64,000 nt of DNA from Bugula neritina (GCA_964035545.1 OZ037769.1:7173929-7237928); one strand, 5' to 3'. Positions 36,101 to 51,100 are shown, counted from the first letter of the stretch. Program-made: numbers and translations. The notes: a model not told the origin generated them from the sequence alone.

Positions 36101-39100
36101 CCACAACTCCAATGTTTAGTAAACGACTTTAAATTAATGCATCAAAAACTGCTCATACCATCTTCAAAGAACAATGCTTTATACTCATAAAGGTATTAGG
36201 GTTTTGCATTAAGCTTTCACAAGCTATACTATAAACATTTTCCTATAAAACAGTTTCAGTGTTTACTATTTGAGCCATCCATTGACTTCTACACTATATA
36301 ACTTGCCTTGGCACATTTTCGTAAAAATCAACAGGAGTTTTATTTCTTTTAGGTAAAAGTTCTAATCAGTAAAACACAGTTAATGAAATCAAACGCCATA
36401 TTGTACAACACAGGTTATTCGCCTAAGCAGTATTTTACCATCAACTAAATTCTTTACACCATTATAGATTACAACAAATATATAACAAAACATATCTATT
36501 GGCATAATCCAACGCTACTATTGTTAGTGTAGTTACTGGACATACAGTGTATGAGGTGAAAAATAGCAATGAACAGCTCACCCAGTGCCTGTAGCTGAAT
36601 CTCTTGCATCTCCTCAGTCTCAATGCCAAACAAGTACATCTTGAAGTACTCCATGATTTGTGGGAAGTAAGGATTCAGGTTGGTCTTGGCGGCACAGGCT
36701 GAAAATTATGGCAGAATTAGGACATGGTGGATTACATACACATGTGTGAGCACTGCACACAATACATAGCCTACACATAATATGTGAGCACTGCACACAA
36801 TACATAGCCTACACATAATATGTGAGCGCGAAAATATCAAGGAACAAGTGACAACAGTGAAAATGAAAATGCCAACAGAGGAATAACATATGGACTGACT
36901 AAACATGGCCGACTATTAGCTGACTAGAAGTACAGTCACTCTCTCTTCACTGACCTATGGAGGCTATACAGCTGAAGGAGAACTCCTTAAGTTTCAGAGC
37001 CAGTTCTGTGGTCTCAGCAGTATCTAGCAGAGAGAGGAGATGAGTCATCAGCTCAGGGAGGAAGGGAAACACGTCTTTCTCTATAATACAAGCATGGTGA
37101 CAGCAAGCTGGACACAGCTGACTCACACAGACACACCTACTACAATTAATTACCAGTACACAATTACTGAGTTGAACTTCGGATGGCGTTTGGGATTTCT
37201 CAATGTTTCTCTACAGTTAAGTGGTACAAGCAAACAAGTCCTTCCTAGTAACTTTTTTATACCTATGGTCAACCACTCATGGCTTGGTTGCCTTGACTAG
37301 CTACAGTGCTATTATGTCATAGAGCCTTGTCAACATTTTTTTTTTCAAATCATGGCATTTGTATTTTTCCCTTTCACTTTTGATTAAATAAAACAAAACA
37401 AGCATTTAACAAACCCAGGAGCAACAACTATGTTTTTCTTTCAATCAAAAACAAAATTCTACAGGCACAAATAGTCTAGAGCAACGCAGTGCAGCTGTAG
37501 TAGTCAGGAATTGACATTCAAGGTTTACTTGTTGGCAATATTTCCTTCAGAACGGCTGCACATTTAACTTCAATATGCAAAGCTAGCAGCAGCTTTGCTG
37601 TACACAATACACAGTCATTCACTGATTACAATTCAACAATACTAGACATGTATACAATTTGGAGAATTGTACACCCGCCTGTCAGATTATGAATACAGGT
37701 CTACAGCTATGACAATCTGACATATCTGATAGTTATAGTTGAGAAGTAATTCTATTTAACAGACAGGTGACAGTAGATATCAGGCTAAACTCTGCAGCGG
37801 TCATTAGATGCAAGTTTTAATAGCTGATTAAAAGTGCGTTACAAACGGGGACACACAGTAGATTTTACAGAATATTCTAGAAAATACAATATAAACACTG
37901 GATTTAAAAGCAACGACACATTCAACATTTCAGGAACTAAGTAGTTACCCAAGTTCTCGACATAGGCCTCTAGTGCATAGTAAGTCCTAGTAAGAGTGCT
38001 AAGAGATGGGTTTGCACTCTCCTTCATCTACAAATTAAAAATTGGGGAAAAATACAACATATTTCTTCTTCAGGTAGTGCTAAATAGCCAACCAAAGACT
38101 CGCTTTGTGACAAATACCAGTGGGTTATGTCAAATATCTATAATATATGTATTAGCATCCAGAAATTGAATCCATTCAAATTGAATAAACCATTAAACTC
38201 TCTCTCACCTTTACCGCATAATTCACCAGAAAGGGGATGAGCTCATTAGCATATTTGGTTATACCCGGCTGCAAGTGTTCCGAGAATTGGCCCAAGGCAA
38301 ACATGGCTCCATTGCGAACACCTGGGTGAACGTCATCAAACCCCTTTATGATCTCCTGTAGAAACTGCTCGAGATATCTGAAACAATATTGCATTCTATA
38401 CATACAAACTGATACTATACCAGGTCAGTAGTAGAGAATATTATCAACAAGAATTTCTCAAACTCATGCTGTATAAACACCAATGATCTTCATACCAGCC
38501 TGTAGCATAGAGCATACGCTACACAGAGCTTGATATACAAATACATTGCTCCCTCCATATCTCACGGAACCATTTCTCACGAAATTCCGCAGAGCGCGAG
38601 AAGGGCTTGAACCATTGTTTTGTGGCCCATGTATGTCTGTATACACATGACATATTCTACTATGTCACGAGTTGAAGTTTCAGAACCCGCAGTTTAGTGA
38701 GGTAAAGAGGGAGCCCTGTAGATCCTTATTGTATTACTAACTTGCTAGTGATGTGATCTGAGCAGCCTTCAGCTATGATACCTAGAGCTACATAGCCTGC
38801 TTTCCTCTCACTCGGCTGTTGGCTGTGGATAGCCTGTGCAGAGTACCTCATTACCTGAGTCACAATCTTTTCTGGCGGCAGATTTAAGGCTAAAGAATCC
38901 ATTATCTACAAAGTTGAAATTAAACTTCAACACACTGATCAATGCAGTAAAATCAAAAGACCCTTTCACCAAAAACATGGTGATAGCTGAACTGTTTCCA
39001 GAGCACACACCTATATTAGTCTTTACGTACAGAGCTTGCAAGTGTTTAAACCGACCTACTCTAACGCCATCACAATACCCTGGCAGCATAACAGCCATAC

Positions 39101-42100
39101 CCTGGCAGCATAAGAGGCATACCCTGGCAGCATAACAGCCATACCCTGGCAGCATAAGAGGCAGCCTTCTCCGTCTCCTCGCTATCCTCCAGGTCCTCTT
39201 CCTCCTCGTCACATTTACACATGAGAGAGAAGACGACATCCAGTATTGGCTGCACCATGTTCAGCTTCTGTATAGCCTTCTTCTTCAGCGTTACCAGGCA
39301 ACTGAGCACCTCCAGAGCCTTGACCCTTGCAGAGTTGTCTATCTCCTCAGTAGCTGCTAGCTGCAATAGTACAGAGCTTACAACTTGTTGTACACTGGAG
39401 AAATTACCACACGGCACAAGGTCTGCCACCACCTCTATTTAGGAGCAGTTTTGGAAAAATTGAGATAGCCCAAGTTCTAAAAGTTTTATTAAATTTTGGT
39501 TTGGCGTGCCGGTTGAAATTCTTGCGAGAACATAACTTCTTATGTTACATTTCTAATCTAGAACACAAGCTTTTCTCAATTTCTCCATCACTGCACCACC
39601 TACACATAGCACTTTTTACATCATCAGAAAGCTTGATAATGTAAAGACACATACAGAATATGTGTGACATATAAATACATCGTGCAAAGTTAAAAAATAC
39701 AATGATGCCATCTTGTGTTTCTACAATTACTTTCATATTGAACCCAACTTCATAATAGCCAGTAAACTTGTCTGACAACATAAACAGAGAAGGAGAAACA
39801 ATCATTGAATGTGTCTTTTACTAAACATTCACCTATACCATCAGCAGTTTGATTTGCTTAGACTATATAGTTTCACCAGCAGCTCATGTGACAACTAAAC
39901 ATGTTGTTATCCTTAGTTTTGGTTTCAAGTAAAGATCTAATCAAAAACTTATTTTTATTCCTAAATATAAAATAGGTTGCCTCTCAGAGTATACAGGTAA
40001 GAGAATTTAAAGCAAAGACTACTTACATTCAAGCAGAAGTCAACAACGGTCTTTACATGCGGGTGTAGCACAGGTACCTCACATTTAACCAGTGAATCAA
40101 ACAAGTCCATAGCAGCACACGTCTCCTCCTATGAAAGAATAAGTAAAGCGTAAAACTAGGGCTATGAGAAAATAAGTTATATTTAAATAATGGCTTTCCT
40201 AATGCAGAACATGTCAGTGCCATTAGAGACAGAAAATATATGCATTTATACACATGAAAGGTAGTAGGCCTACTATATAGAAAGAGTAAAATAGATTTGA
40301 AAGCTAAAATCACCTCTGGCAAATAAAGGTGTGAGGAGCATTAGACATTTGGAGCGGTAACACAGATTAATTAAAGACAATTGTTGAGGTTGAAGTGACT
40401 AAAACAGGACCTCTGAGATGGATCGTTAAATTGTGCCCAGAGACAAAATTTTTCTTGACTTTATTTTAGAATTTTTTTTATCATCATTGCCCTAGCAAAG
40501 CTCACAGCACCATAATTAGAGTTTAATTGATGGATATTTAGCATAGACTATAGAGCAAGCTTTGTCAGAATTACAGAAGCAACTATTACTTTGGAATGAC
40601 AACTCCCAAGTTTGATGGGTGTTCATAAAGTTACGTAGTAATAATCTTATAGTTATTTTTAGATAATATTGGTGGAGACCGCAGATACTATGAATATAAA
40701 GTGAAATATATTTACAATCAAAAGAGAAATGCATACATATAGCTGGCATGTCTCAATAGATACGCGTATTATATTGAAAGAACAAACTCAGTACCTCATC
40801 ATGTAGAGCTAAGGCCTTTATAACTTCTAATATTCTTGGGATGAGAGCTGCAAACTGTTTCTATAAACATTAAGGTATACATAATTAGTGTGTGTATAGT
40901 ATACATAGTTATACTATGGAGTAGTTTCTATTATTTGTATTACAGACAGCTGCAGCCTTCAGACAGTAGCATACAGTATAGTCACAGTGTAAGTGTATAG
41001 TCCCAGTGTAAGTGTATAGTGACAGTGTAAGTGTATAGTCTCAGTGTAAGTGTATAGTCACAGTGTAAGTGTATAGTCTCAGTGTAAGTATACAGTCCCA
41101 GTATGTAAGTGTATAGTCACAGTGTAAGTGTATAGTCACAGTGTAAATGTATAGTCTCAGTGTAAGTGTATAGTCACAGTGTATTAGGTAGAGAATTTGT
41201 CAACATACCATTTCCACCGAGGACACTTCAAACACCAAGTTGTTCATAACCCTAAAATACCAACATAATACAGTTATTACTACATAAAGTGTGTCAGCTA
41301 GAATGATTATATGCGCATGGTGGGCTATGTATGTATCAACAATAAGTTATATATACTTACAGTATAGTGTAGTAAGGTATACTTACAGTATAGTATAGTA
41401 AGGTACACTTACAGTATGGTGTAGTATGTTATACTTACAGTATGGTATAGTATATTACACTTACAATATGGTGTAGTAAGGTACACTTACAGCATAGTGT
41501 AGTAAGCTACACTTACAGTATGGTATAGTATATTATACTTACAGTATAGTATAGTAAGGTATACTTACAGTATGGTGTAGTATGTTATACTTACAGTATG
41601 GTGTAGTAAGGTACACTTACAGTATAGTGTAGTAAGGTATACTTACAGTATAGTATAGTATATTATATAGTGCTGTGAAAAAGTTTAAGGACGCCTCACT
41701 GTTTTCCATAATAGCAATGTTCCAAGCTAATTTTAAGACATAACTAAAGCATTTCCATAGGCATGGTGCCTATCAAAATGATTCTTAGGATCTCCTTATC
41801 TCATTTATATAAATATTATAAGTATCCCTTTTTACATCCTCCAAAGATCTGGGTGAAACAATGAGATACTATTCGTATGTGGGAATTATTCAATGCTCTC
41901 ACAATTTGTGTGTACTGTATGACATCGGAATATTTTATTTAAAATATGTGACCTGGCACCACAAAACAAGGGATGTATATAAAATGTTGAAAACCTAGTT
42001 ATTACTATGGAGTGATAGAGCAGACTTTTTCAAACATTTTGCACTTCATTTGAAGTCTCTAGCATAAATAGAACTTGAGATATCAGTATTTATAAACTTA

Positions 42101-45100
42101 AACGTTTTTAGAATTTCTAAATTACTGTTTCGAGAAAATCGCGTTTAAAGTTGGCAACTCTACAATAAGTTGAGAATTATTTGTTTACAATTTACAAGCC
42201 TTAGCAACGGGTCTTTGTATGATAGGAATAGTGACAAATTTGGTATCAAAATAATTGTGAAAGTTTGGGCTTTCTGTTAAACTAAATTTCATGCTGCCTC
42301 AACATAAAATTAGGTCAAATATGGCCGCCAAACTTTTTGTCTAACTTATTTGTCAATTTGCTTTTTACTTTGTTTAATGATTGAAAGGTTCAACAATTCC
42401 AGCAAAGAAGAGGATGTTTCAGCAAATTTGTGTGTTGAGATATTTGAATTAGGCATCCAAGTCAGCAGGAAGTCATATAAAACAAAATGGCAGCTGCTTC
42501 CTGTTATACATTGAATATCTTCCTCTCCTCTAATATATTGTGTAATATATCGAACTGCAGCTATTGAGCTGTGCTGTTTCATAGTTATTGCTTAATAAGT
42601 AGAACACTTATGAGAAAATCATTTGACTATTATGAGATCATTCGAGATTTATTCATAAATATCTTTATAATCTCTAACGGCAACTAAATTTAGCAATTGA
42701 TGTTGAAAATATAAACATAAAATCAGCGATTAGAACTTTTGAGTTTTATTAGGCATTAATATTCACATTTAAAACATCAAATACACTATTTTAAAAAACT
42801 AATTAAATGCAGTAACAAATCCAGCCTGGATACAACCATTATGCTTGAATTAACTCTAATTAAAAAAAGAAAATTAAGTAGCTTCTACGGTTTTTGCAAA
42901 AAATGCACTTTTCATCTTTCTACTTCCTTGGTCTTCATAATATGAGTTTACGGAGTATGGACACATAACATCATGTATGTGGCAAAAGCTTCATCACTAT
43001 CATCAGCTGATTTTCTAGCAATTATAGATGCTGCTACTTGACATCTATTCTGCCAATCTACCCATCTATTGTCTATTCCAGAGCTGCAAGTACAATGTTG
43101 ACTTTTTTAAATAACAAAAGAAAACAGTAGCTTGATTAGAAATTATAAGCAGTTATATTATAAAAATTTAGTTGGTTAAACACTCTTGTATTATGGCAGC
43201 AGTTAATTGTGATCCTGCATTTTATCAACATTTAAATGTATTGAATTAAACAGAACAATTTAAATTAAAAAAATTGTTGAAAATTTTCAAGCACATCATT
43301 AAAAGACTGCAAACCTTTTTATGAATGAAATAAGCAGAAGCCATAACCTTGCAAGCCAAAATTCAGAGTGTCTACATTAGGAGTGTTAGATTGATAGGTA
43401 GTAGAGTTGTGTAGGTATAAGTCTTCACTCTAATGCCCTTACAAGTCCACTTTCTAAAATGTACAGAATTATTCTATATTAACATAGTATTATCAGTAAA
43501 ATTACACATTATGCACTTGAATATCTAGCATATCTGCAATTGGCAATTTTGAAGCAATGTCTTTCGATAACTATTAACCACTCAGGCATTTAATTGAGTA
43601 AAAAAGCTAGCTAAATGCAACTGAATATATTAAAGACATTTACTATAAAATCAATTTGAATTCAATAAATTACTTTAAAATATGAATAAACTTTTGCTCA
43701 TCCTTTATAATAAAATTGAAAAGTTTAGACTGTTTATGCATTCAGTTAGTGTTACTACTCACTAAATAAGACTAAAAGTAACTTACTGAAGAACTAAGTC
43801 AGTCAACTATAGAATCAATATGAACTCGCATTAATATTTCATCATTATACTCATTTACATTTAATCACATTTACCATTTCAATTTGTTTATAGGTGATGC
43901 TTTTATCAATATAAATAGGATTACCAATTGAGTTTTGACAGTAACTGTAAGCCTGCATAATGTGATAAAGATTTTATCATTATATTTTAAATCAAACTTT
44001 GAGCTAATTTGAAAATCACAAAAGGAAACGGTAGTTTGACTAGTAGGCCTATTGTTAATACTAATAGTAATAGTAATAGTAATCAGTAACTGTATTCACA
44101 AAATCTAAGACAGAGGCTAAAAGTTACTAAGAATAAGTCCAATGTATATTTAAATATTAACTATAGAATAAATTAATAAATATAATACTATCAGTATAAG
44201 TATCAAGTTTTAAGACCGAAGGCGAAACTCAGAGTCAGACTCAAATAGTGAATTTATAATTATTAATTATTACTTATACTAATACTATTAATATTAATGA
44301 GCTACATTTGGTTTCACTGCCAAATAGTAATACCAGTATCAGTAAATCATGAATAATATTCATTAATCATTATGATTATCATTATGAGTAACCGTACCTC
44401 AAACTGTGAGTCATAGTGAGAGTCATTTAAACAGTTACTAGTAGTAGTATAGAATAAGAATAGAGTCAATAGTGAATAGACATAGTCACATACTCATACT
44501 GATACTCCTAGTCATAGTCATAGTGAATGTGATAGTATAAATATTAATAAATTGATAACTACAAATAATCCTGGCAACAATTCTAAGTTAGTAGCGTAAA
44601 TGATTGTTTTGAGCATAATTACCTGTATTGTTGTGATTTTCAAGCTTGAACGCTAAAGATAAAGATTAAGTTTAGCATTTATCACCAAAGGGCAAAACAG
44701 CTCAGTAACTTAAAAGCTAACTTCGGATGGAGCACGATGAAAAACTAAAACTAGCCTGCGATTTTAAATACGATGCTTCTGATAATGCGAAGAAAGAGGT
44801 GTAAGCTAAACTCATTTGATAAAAAATAAATTTGCAAGATCTCACCCTATGAAAATGACTAAAATTGTCTTCTTTCTTTATTTGATAACTTCGCAATTTT
44901 TTCATCATTTAAAAAATTGAATGCCTTAGTTACCAACTTTAAATGCAATTTTGGAGCTGAAGAAATTATCAAATGCTTACGAAAGTATGATTTTTGAAAT
45001 CCTTGGACTTTTTTGTATTAGAAAAGTTCAAAACCTAAAAACTGGAAAATAATTTCAAAGTTAAGTATATCCAAATTAAACCTTCATTTACTACACTTTA

Positions 45101-48100
45101 TAAACGCCGCCACATCCCCGGTTTTGTCGCGACTGGTCACATATAGAAAAATATTATATGTGATTTCTTATACACCTTATAGCAGCATTGCAACACACAG
45201 TGCTCTCAATTTTAATATCAATATTTTGTTGGTCAGCCTTTATTCTCAATCACAAGTCGACAGCAAGGAGGCATCGACTCGAGTACAGCTTCTTCAACTC
45301 GTCTTCAGTCACAACATGAAGCCATGCATGAATTACAGGCTCTATGAGTGTCACCTTAGTTGTTGGCTTCTTTGGGGAGACTATTTTAGCCATTCTTGAC
45401 CATAATTTGTTTATAGGGTTCAAGTCAGGGCTTCGTGCTGGCCAGTTGAGCGTTGAGACCCTCTGCTTTTTCATCCACTCTTCAATAGTCTTCACCCCAT
45501 GGCATGGTGCATTGTCATCTTGAAATAAGTAAATTTTACTTAAAAAAAGCTTTTCATAATTGGAAGAAGTTTAGCATTGAGATTATCTGTATATTTTTGA
45601 GTATTAACATCATTCCAGAGCAAATACTGAGTCGACCTGCACTTTTTGATGTTATACAACCCCAGAATAAAACACTGATTATAGGGTGCTTAATTGTTGT
45701 AAGTATACATTGACGGCTATATTTCTCATACTGGTATCTTTTAACACAACAGTTTCCAGCATGATTGTTCACATTAAATATGGATTCATCCGAAAAAATT
45801 ACTTTTTTTCTAATCATTCACTGTCTAATTACCTTGCTCCCTGGCCCACCGTAACCGGCTTTTTTGCTGCTTCTTGGTTAAGGTAGAGGCTTCCTCTTGC
45901 TTTGCGGCCATGTAAACCATGGCTCAGCAATCTTGCCTTATCAGGGATGTTGAAGCTGGTGTTTCTGTTGGTTCTGACTATTCCTTGCCTACTCAAGACT
46001 CGTTTTATGGCGATCTTTTTTGCTGATCCCAATGAGAACCTTGTCATCTCTGGGTGTGCTTATTTTTAGTCGGCCATTTTCAGGTCCATCTGCTACACTA
46101 CTAGTGTCCATAAACTTCTTGATAATTTGATGTACAGTTGTCTTTGCTTTGCCAACCTTTTCAGATAATTTCCTAATTGAATAACCTTCTTTGTGCAAGA
46201 AAATTATTACAAACTTTGACTCTGAAGGAAGATTTACAGCTCTCATTTAGTCTATGCGCAGCATCCAAGTGGTCACCATGTAAAAGCTCACAACTAAATG
46301 ACAGATTTCAAATTATAAAAGGAAGTCATACTTTATGATATTATGATGCCATGCACAAAGTCAAATTTCACTATTTAGCCTTTTGTGGTTATATAAAAGT
46401 CAATAAACTTTGGTTACATAAAAATACAGGAGTTGCGCTTTCCTAGCTACTTGTGCAGTTGGCCCAAAAATAGGTGGAAAACATCACAACAGTAAAAATT
46501 TATGAGATGGAAATTGTAGAGTACATTCTAAGGGTCATTTTAATATATAGAACTTGCAGGAAAATATTAAGGACTTACAAGAAATGCCTATTAAACAAGA
46601 TTCATAGAAATTTCTGCAAGCGTCCTTAAACTTTTTCACAGCACTGTACTTACAGTATAGTGTAGTAAGGTACACTTACAGTATAGTGTAGTAAGTTACA
46701 CCAACAGTATAGTATAGTATATTATACTTACAGTATAGTATAGTATGGTATACTTACAGTACAGTGTAGTAAGGTATACTTACAGTATAGTATAGTATAT
46801 TATACTTACAGTATAGTATAGTAAGGTACACTTACAGTATAGTATAGTAAGTTACACTTACAGTATAGTGTAGTAAGGTACTATAAGGTTGCCGTCATAT
46901 AACGTCTGAGCACAGAGATCTAGAATGTCTTTTAGAAGAGGCTGCAGCTGTTCTGATGCTTCAGCTGAAACCGTCTTCAATACAGACATGGCTACCTGTA
47001 ATAATGAGACAACCAAAGAGTGTAAACTAAATAATCAATGCTCTTTTTAATTTTGCTTGATTTCCCATGTTTTTAAAACTATTCAGCCACTTTTGATTTC
47101 AGAAAGTTATGATTTTTTCATAACGCTCTGCAATCAAAAATAGCTGAATAGCTAGGAAAAAACACGAGAAATCAAGCAAAATTAAAAAGAACATTGATAA
47201 TTTAGGTGCAATCATTCATATTTTACTAGTTTTGGGCAAAAATCCATGTTTATTAGCAGCTAAAATGCAAAAATTAGCTAAAAACCGGATATTTCCAGTG
47301 TGTACTAAATTAAGTAAAATGACCCGTATACAAACATGGCTACCTGAAATAATGACACAACCAAAGAGCGTACACAGACATGGCTACCTGTAATAATGAG
47401 ACAACCAAAGAGTATATACAGACATGGCTACCTGTAATAATGAGACAACCAAAGAGTATATACAGACATGGCTACCTGAAATAATGACACAACCAAAGAG
47501 TATAAACAGACATGGCTACCTGTAATAATGGGACAACCAAAGAGTATAAACAGACATGGCTACCTGTAATAATGAGACAACCAAAGAGTATATACTGACA
47601 TGGCTACATGTAATAATGAGACAACCAAAGAGTGTATACAGACATGGCTACCTGAAATAATGAGACAACCAAAGAGTGTAAACAGGGAAGATGTTTATAC
47701 ACTAAAACAAGGATTAGAAAGTAACCTGAACTAACCTGCCGTTCCACAGAATTTTCACTCTTGACATACTTGTTGAGAAACTCAAACAGCTGAGGCCATT
47801 CAGAGGTGATATCATCGCAGTGATGTGCAACAGTACCAATCAGCTGAGCTAGTGAATTCCTAACAGGAGATCTATAAATATCCCAAACACCATGAAGACT
47901 GAAATATAACACAGTGTATTACAAACCCCCATGCATTACAACACAGTGTTCAACTACTGATACATATATTCTGACTAGGTTAGATACTAGGCAGAGCTTC
48001 ACCACAACTAATTATTATAACACAAAAGACAATGACGAAATGGTGTAGGTTTACACACATCAACATCAAAAATTACATTTGCAAAAAGTTGTAAAGGGAA

Positions 48101-51100
48101 CTCTATCACACTCCATTTCATTTTCGTATGCCATGAGGTTCAGAAAAGCCAAATTTTACAACTCGACTCTCTAACTTGAGCTAACCAAACAAGCTCAAGA
48201 GATCAGCCTCCAAATTTCGACATCATCTGTGGGTGTTTGGTTTCCATAGTACTATTTTCTATTTTTGATACAAAAGTTTCGTAATCATTGCTTAGTATTT
48301 GCTATACAACCAAGAAGCTGGCTTCACGCTGAAATATATCCATAGTAGCCAGCAAAAAAAGTAGTGTAGAGAGAGGGCTATGCAAAAAAAGGAGAAGGGG
48401 AGAGAGTGGGGGAGGGGGAGAGAGGGATAACAGTGTATAAGAGGTCTAAAGCGGATATAGTAAAGACGACAAAGAGGTCTACTTACTGATCTTCTTTAGA
48501 GAGCACATCAAACAGATTACACTTCAACCTGTTAACATAAAATACTTATTTACAATTTGATAACCTGAAATTTTGTGAAAATAAATGAATCTAATGCATA
48601 TAAAATATAATATAAAAATTATTACTATAAACAGTTTAGAAGGTGGTGCACATTTACTACACAGGAGGAATATTGCTTATATGGTCCACCCACAAAGAAA
48701 GCGTCATGTAATATTCAACAATATTGATAAGAAATGGTAGAGCTTTCATTTATAAAGATATCAGTGGCTGCGCACAAAAGACTAGTTAGACAAATGTGTA
48801 GTTTAAAGCTCACCCAGATCTGATCTCTTCTGGCAGAGAAGACCACTGGCGCTGCTTTACAATCTTCCGTCTAAGCAAAACTGCCGCATATTGCCTGACC
48901 TGCAAGTATTCAAATAAAGACATTCAACAACAGTCACATTATAGTAAAAGCAAGATAAATACTTTGATACGATGCTTTTCATGAAAGTTTAGTTTTAGAA
49001 GATTGTAGCCACTTTCTTGAAGACATAATCAAGCTGAAATAACATTTATTATAAAAATTTGAACTCTACACTACATGTTGAGTTTAGTTTTTAAATATTG
49101 TATCAGCTGTCTTAAAAAAATAAAGCTGAAATAAAATCTTCTATAAAAAATATGAACTCTACAAATTTGCACCTGGACCATATGAGCTACTTTCAGCAAA
49201 CAACAATATTGACAAGAGGTAACTTTGACTCATCAGTAAGCTGCTTTTTCAATACTCTTTGCAGCTACATTTCTAAAAATCTTTAGCCAAGTAGATCAAT
49301 TAACTTGTTGTTTGTTAAAATTGTAACATACCTGTGAGTTCTGAGATGTGGTCAAAACTTGGCAAAGAGTTGGGAGAAATGCCGGGTCAGGAGACAAGCC
49401 TTTTAAAGCTTCTGTAGCCTTAAAAATAAAAACATATTAATCAACTACTAGGCATTCCTGTAGACTATTATTGAATTTTAGAACAGTTGACCAACGTTGA
49501 TTATTAGCCGAAAATAATTAATTGAGCTGATATTATTGCAAACAAATATACATTAATCATATTAAACAGCAAAACAAATGCTACTGTTTGAATCAAAAGT
49601 TTAAAGATAAATTTCACATGTTCTATAACCAACAGTATTGTTAACAATAAAATCAGATAGCCAATTATTAATTCTAGTGACTTGCAACGTCCATCTGTAA
49701 GCAAATGGCAGGATTTTGTACGGTAAAGAGGACTGCATTTAGGAAACCATGAAATTCCAAAAACAACTTTGATACAGTATATGAATGATCTCAATAACAT
49801 AAAATGACACTTAATAACCAAAATTGCTTTTGGGAACTGTTGAAAACTACCAATGTAGAACAGTCACTCTTGGAACTGGTAATCGAACACAACACTTTGT
49901 ATCATTCTTTAAAAAGTTTCAAGATTTGATAAACATATAGCTAAAACAAGTAGATTGAGCAGGGACTTAATAAACATATCTTTCACAACGCATTAACCAA
50001 AAGGCGATTGCTGGCATGTACTAGTCTATGCTAAATAATTCCTAATCTTACATGTCCAACAGGCAGAAAAACTATTGACCAGATTCCAAATATTCAGAAA
50101 AAAAAACAAATTCAATCCATAAGCAACTTAAAAAAATCACACACCCTAGATTCCTTTTTGAGTTAGCAAGTAGCAACACTCAACATAAGAAAATAAAATA
50201 TTTGCTCAATATTCATATTGCTATAAAAATACTGCAAAAATTGTTGAGAGCTAACAAAACAAAACACAACTGTATTTAATAGAGATGCAAATAGCACCAA
50301 TTCTAGTTTCTGCTCTAATCAAAACTTAAAATATATTTCATGTAAACTATTAACAGAAATGTTAATTATCCTCCATCAATATGAATATTAATATACACAA
50401 ACACTCATTTAAATTTAGTTTTACATACATTTACAAAGTCAAATGTAAGTGTTTGTTCCACTTCATGTTATACTGACATTACATATCATTATCTATGTTA
50501 AATTTTCATAATGGTTAATATATTTATTCATTTTTGTAGACTGTAGAGTATCGCTATGACTATCAGTATAACTATAAGTATAGGCTAAGTATAACTAAGA
50601 GTAAAAATCAAAGTGAAAGCAAAAATTGCAATACAATTATGAATTAATATTTTGATCTAAAAGTAAATCAGCAATTCACTAATTCAGTAATTGTAAACAT
50701 AAATGTAAAACTAATTACTAACAGTAAAAGTCACCAAGAAATAACTAAAACTAAAAGTAAATAAGTAATAGTAATAGTAATACTAATAGTAATACTGTTA
50801 CTGTTATTGTTAGTATTACCATTACATTTACTATTAGTATTAGTTACTAATACTAATAGTATTAGTAAATGTAATGGTAATGGTACTAATTTACTTTTAG
50901 TACTGACAATCAGTTTCACATTGTCACAATGTCAGTACTAATAGTAATACTAATAGTAATAGTAATAGTAATGGTAATAATAATACTAATAGTGTGATTG
51001 TGAATGTGGGCATCATTGTCTATTGACTCTTACTCTATTACTATAACTATCGACGCATCAGCTCAACGTCATCATAATCATAATGATAATCATAATCGTA

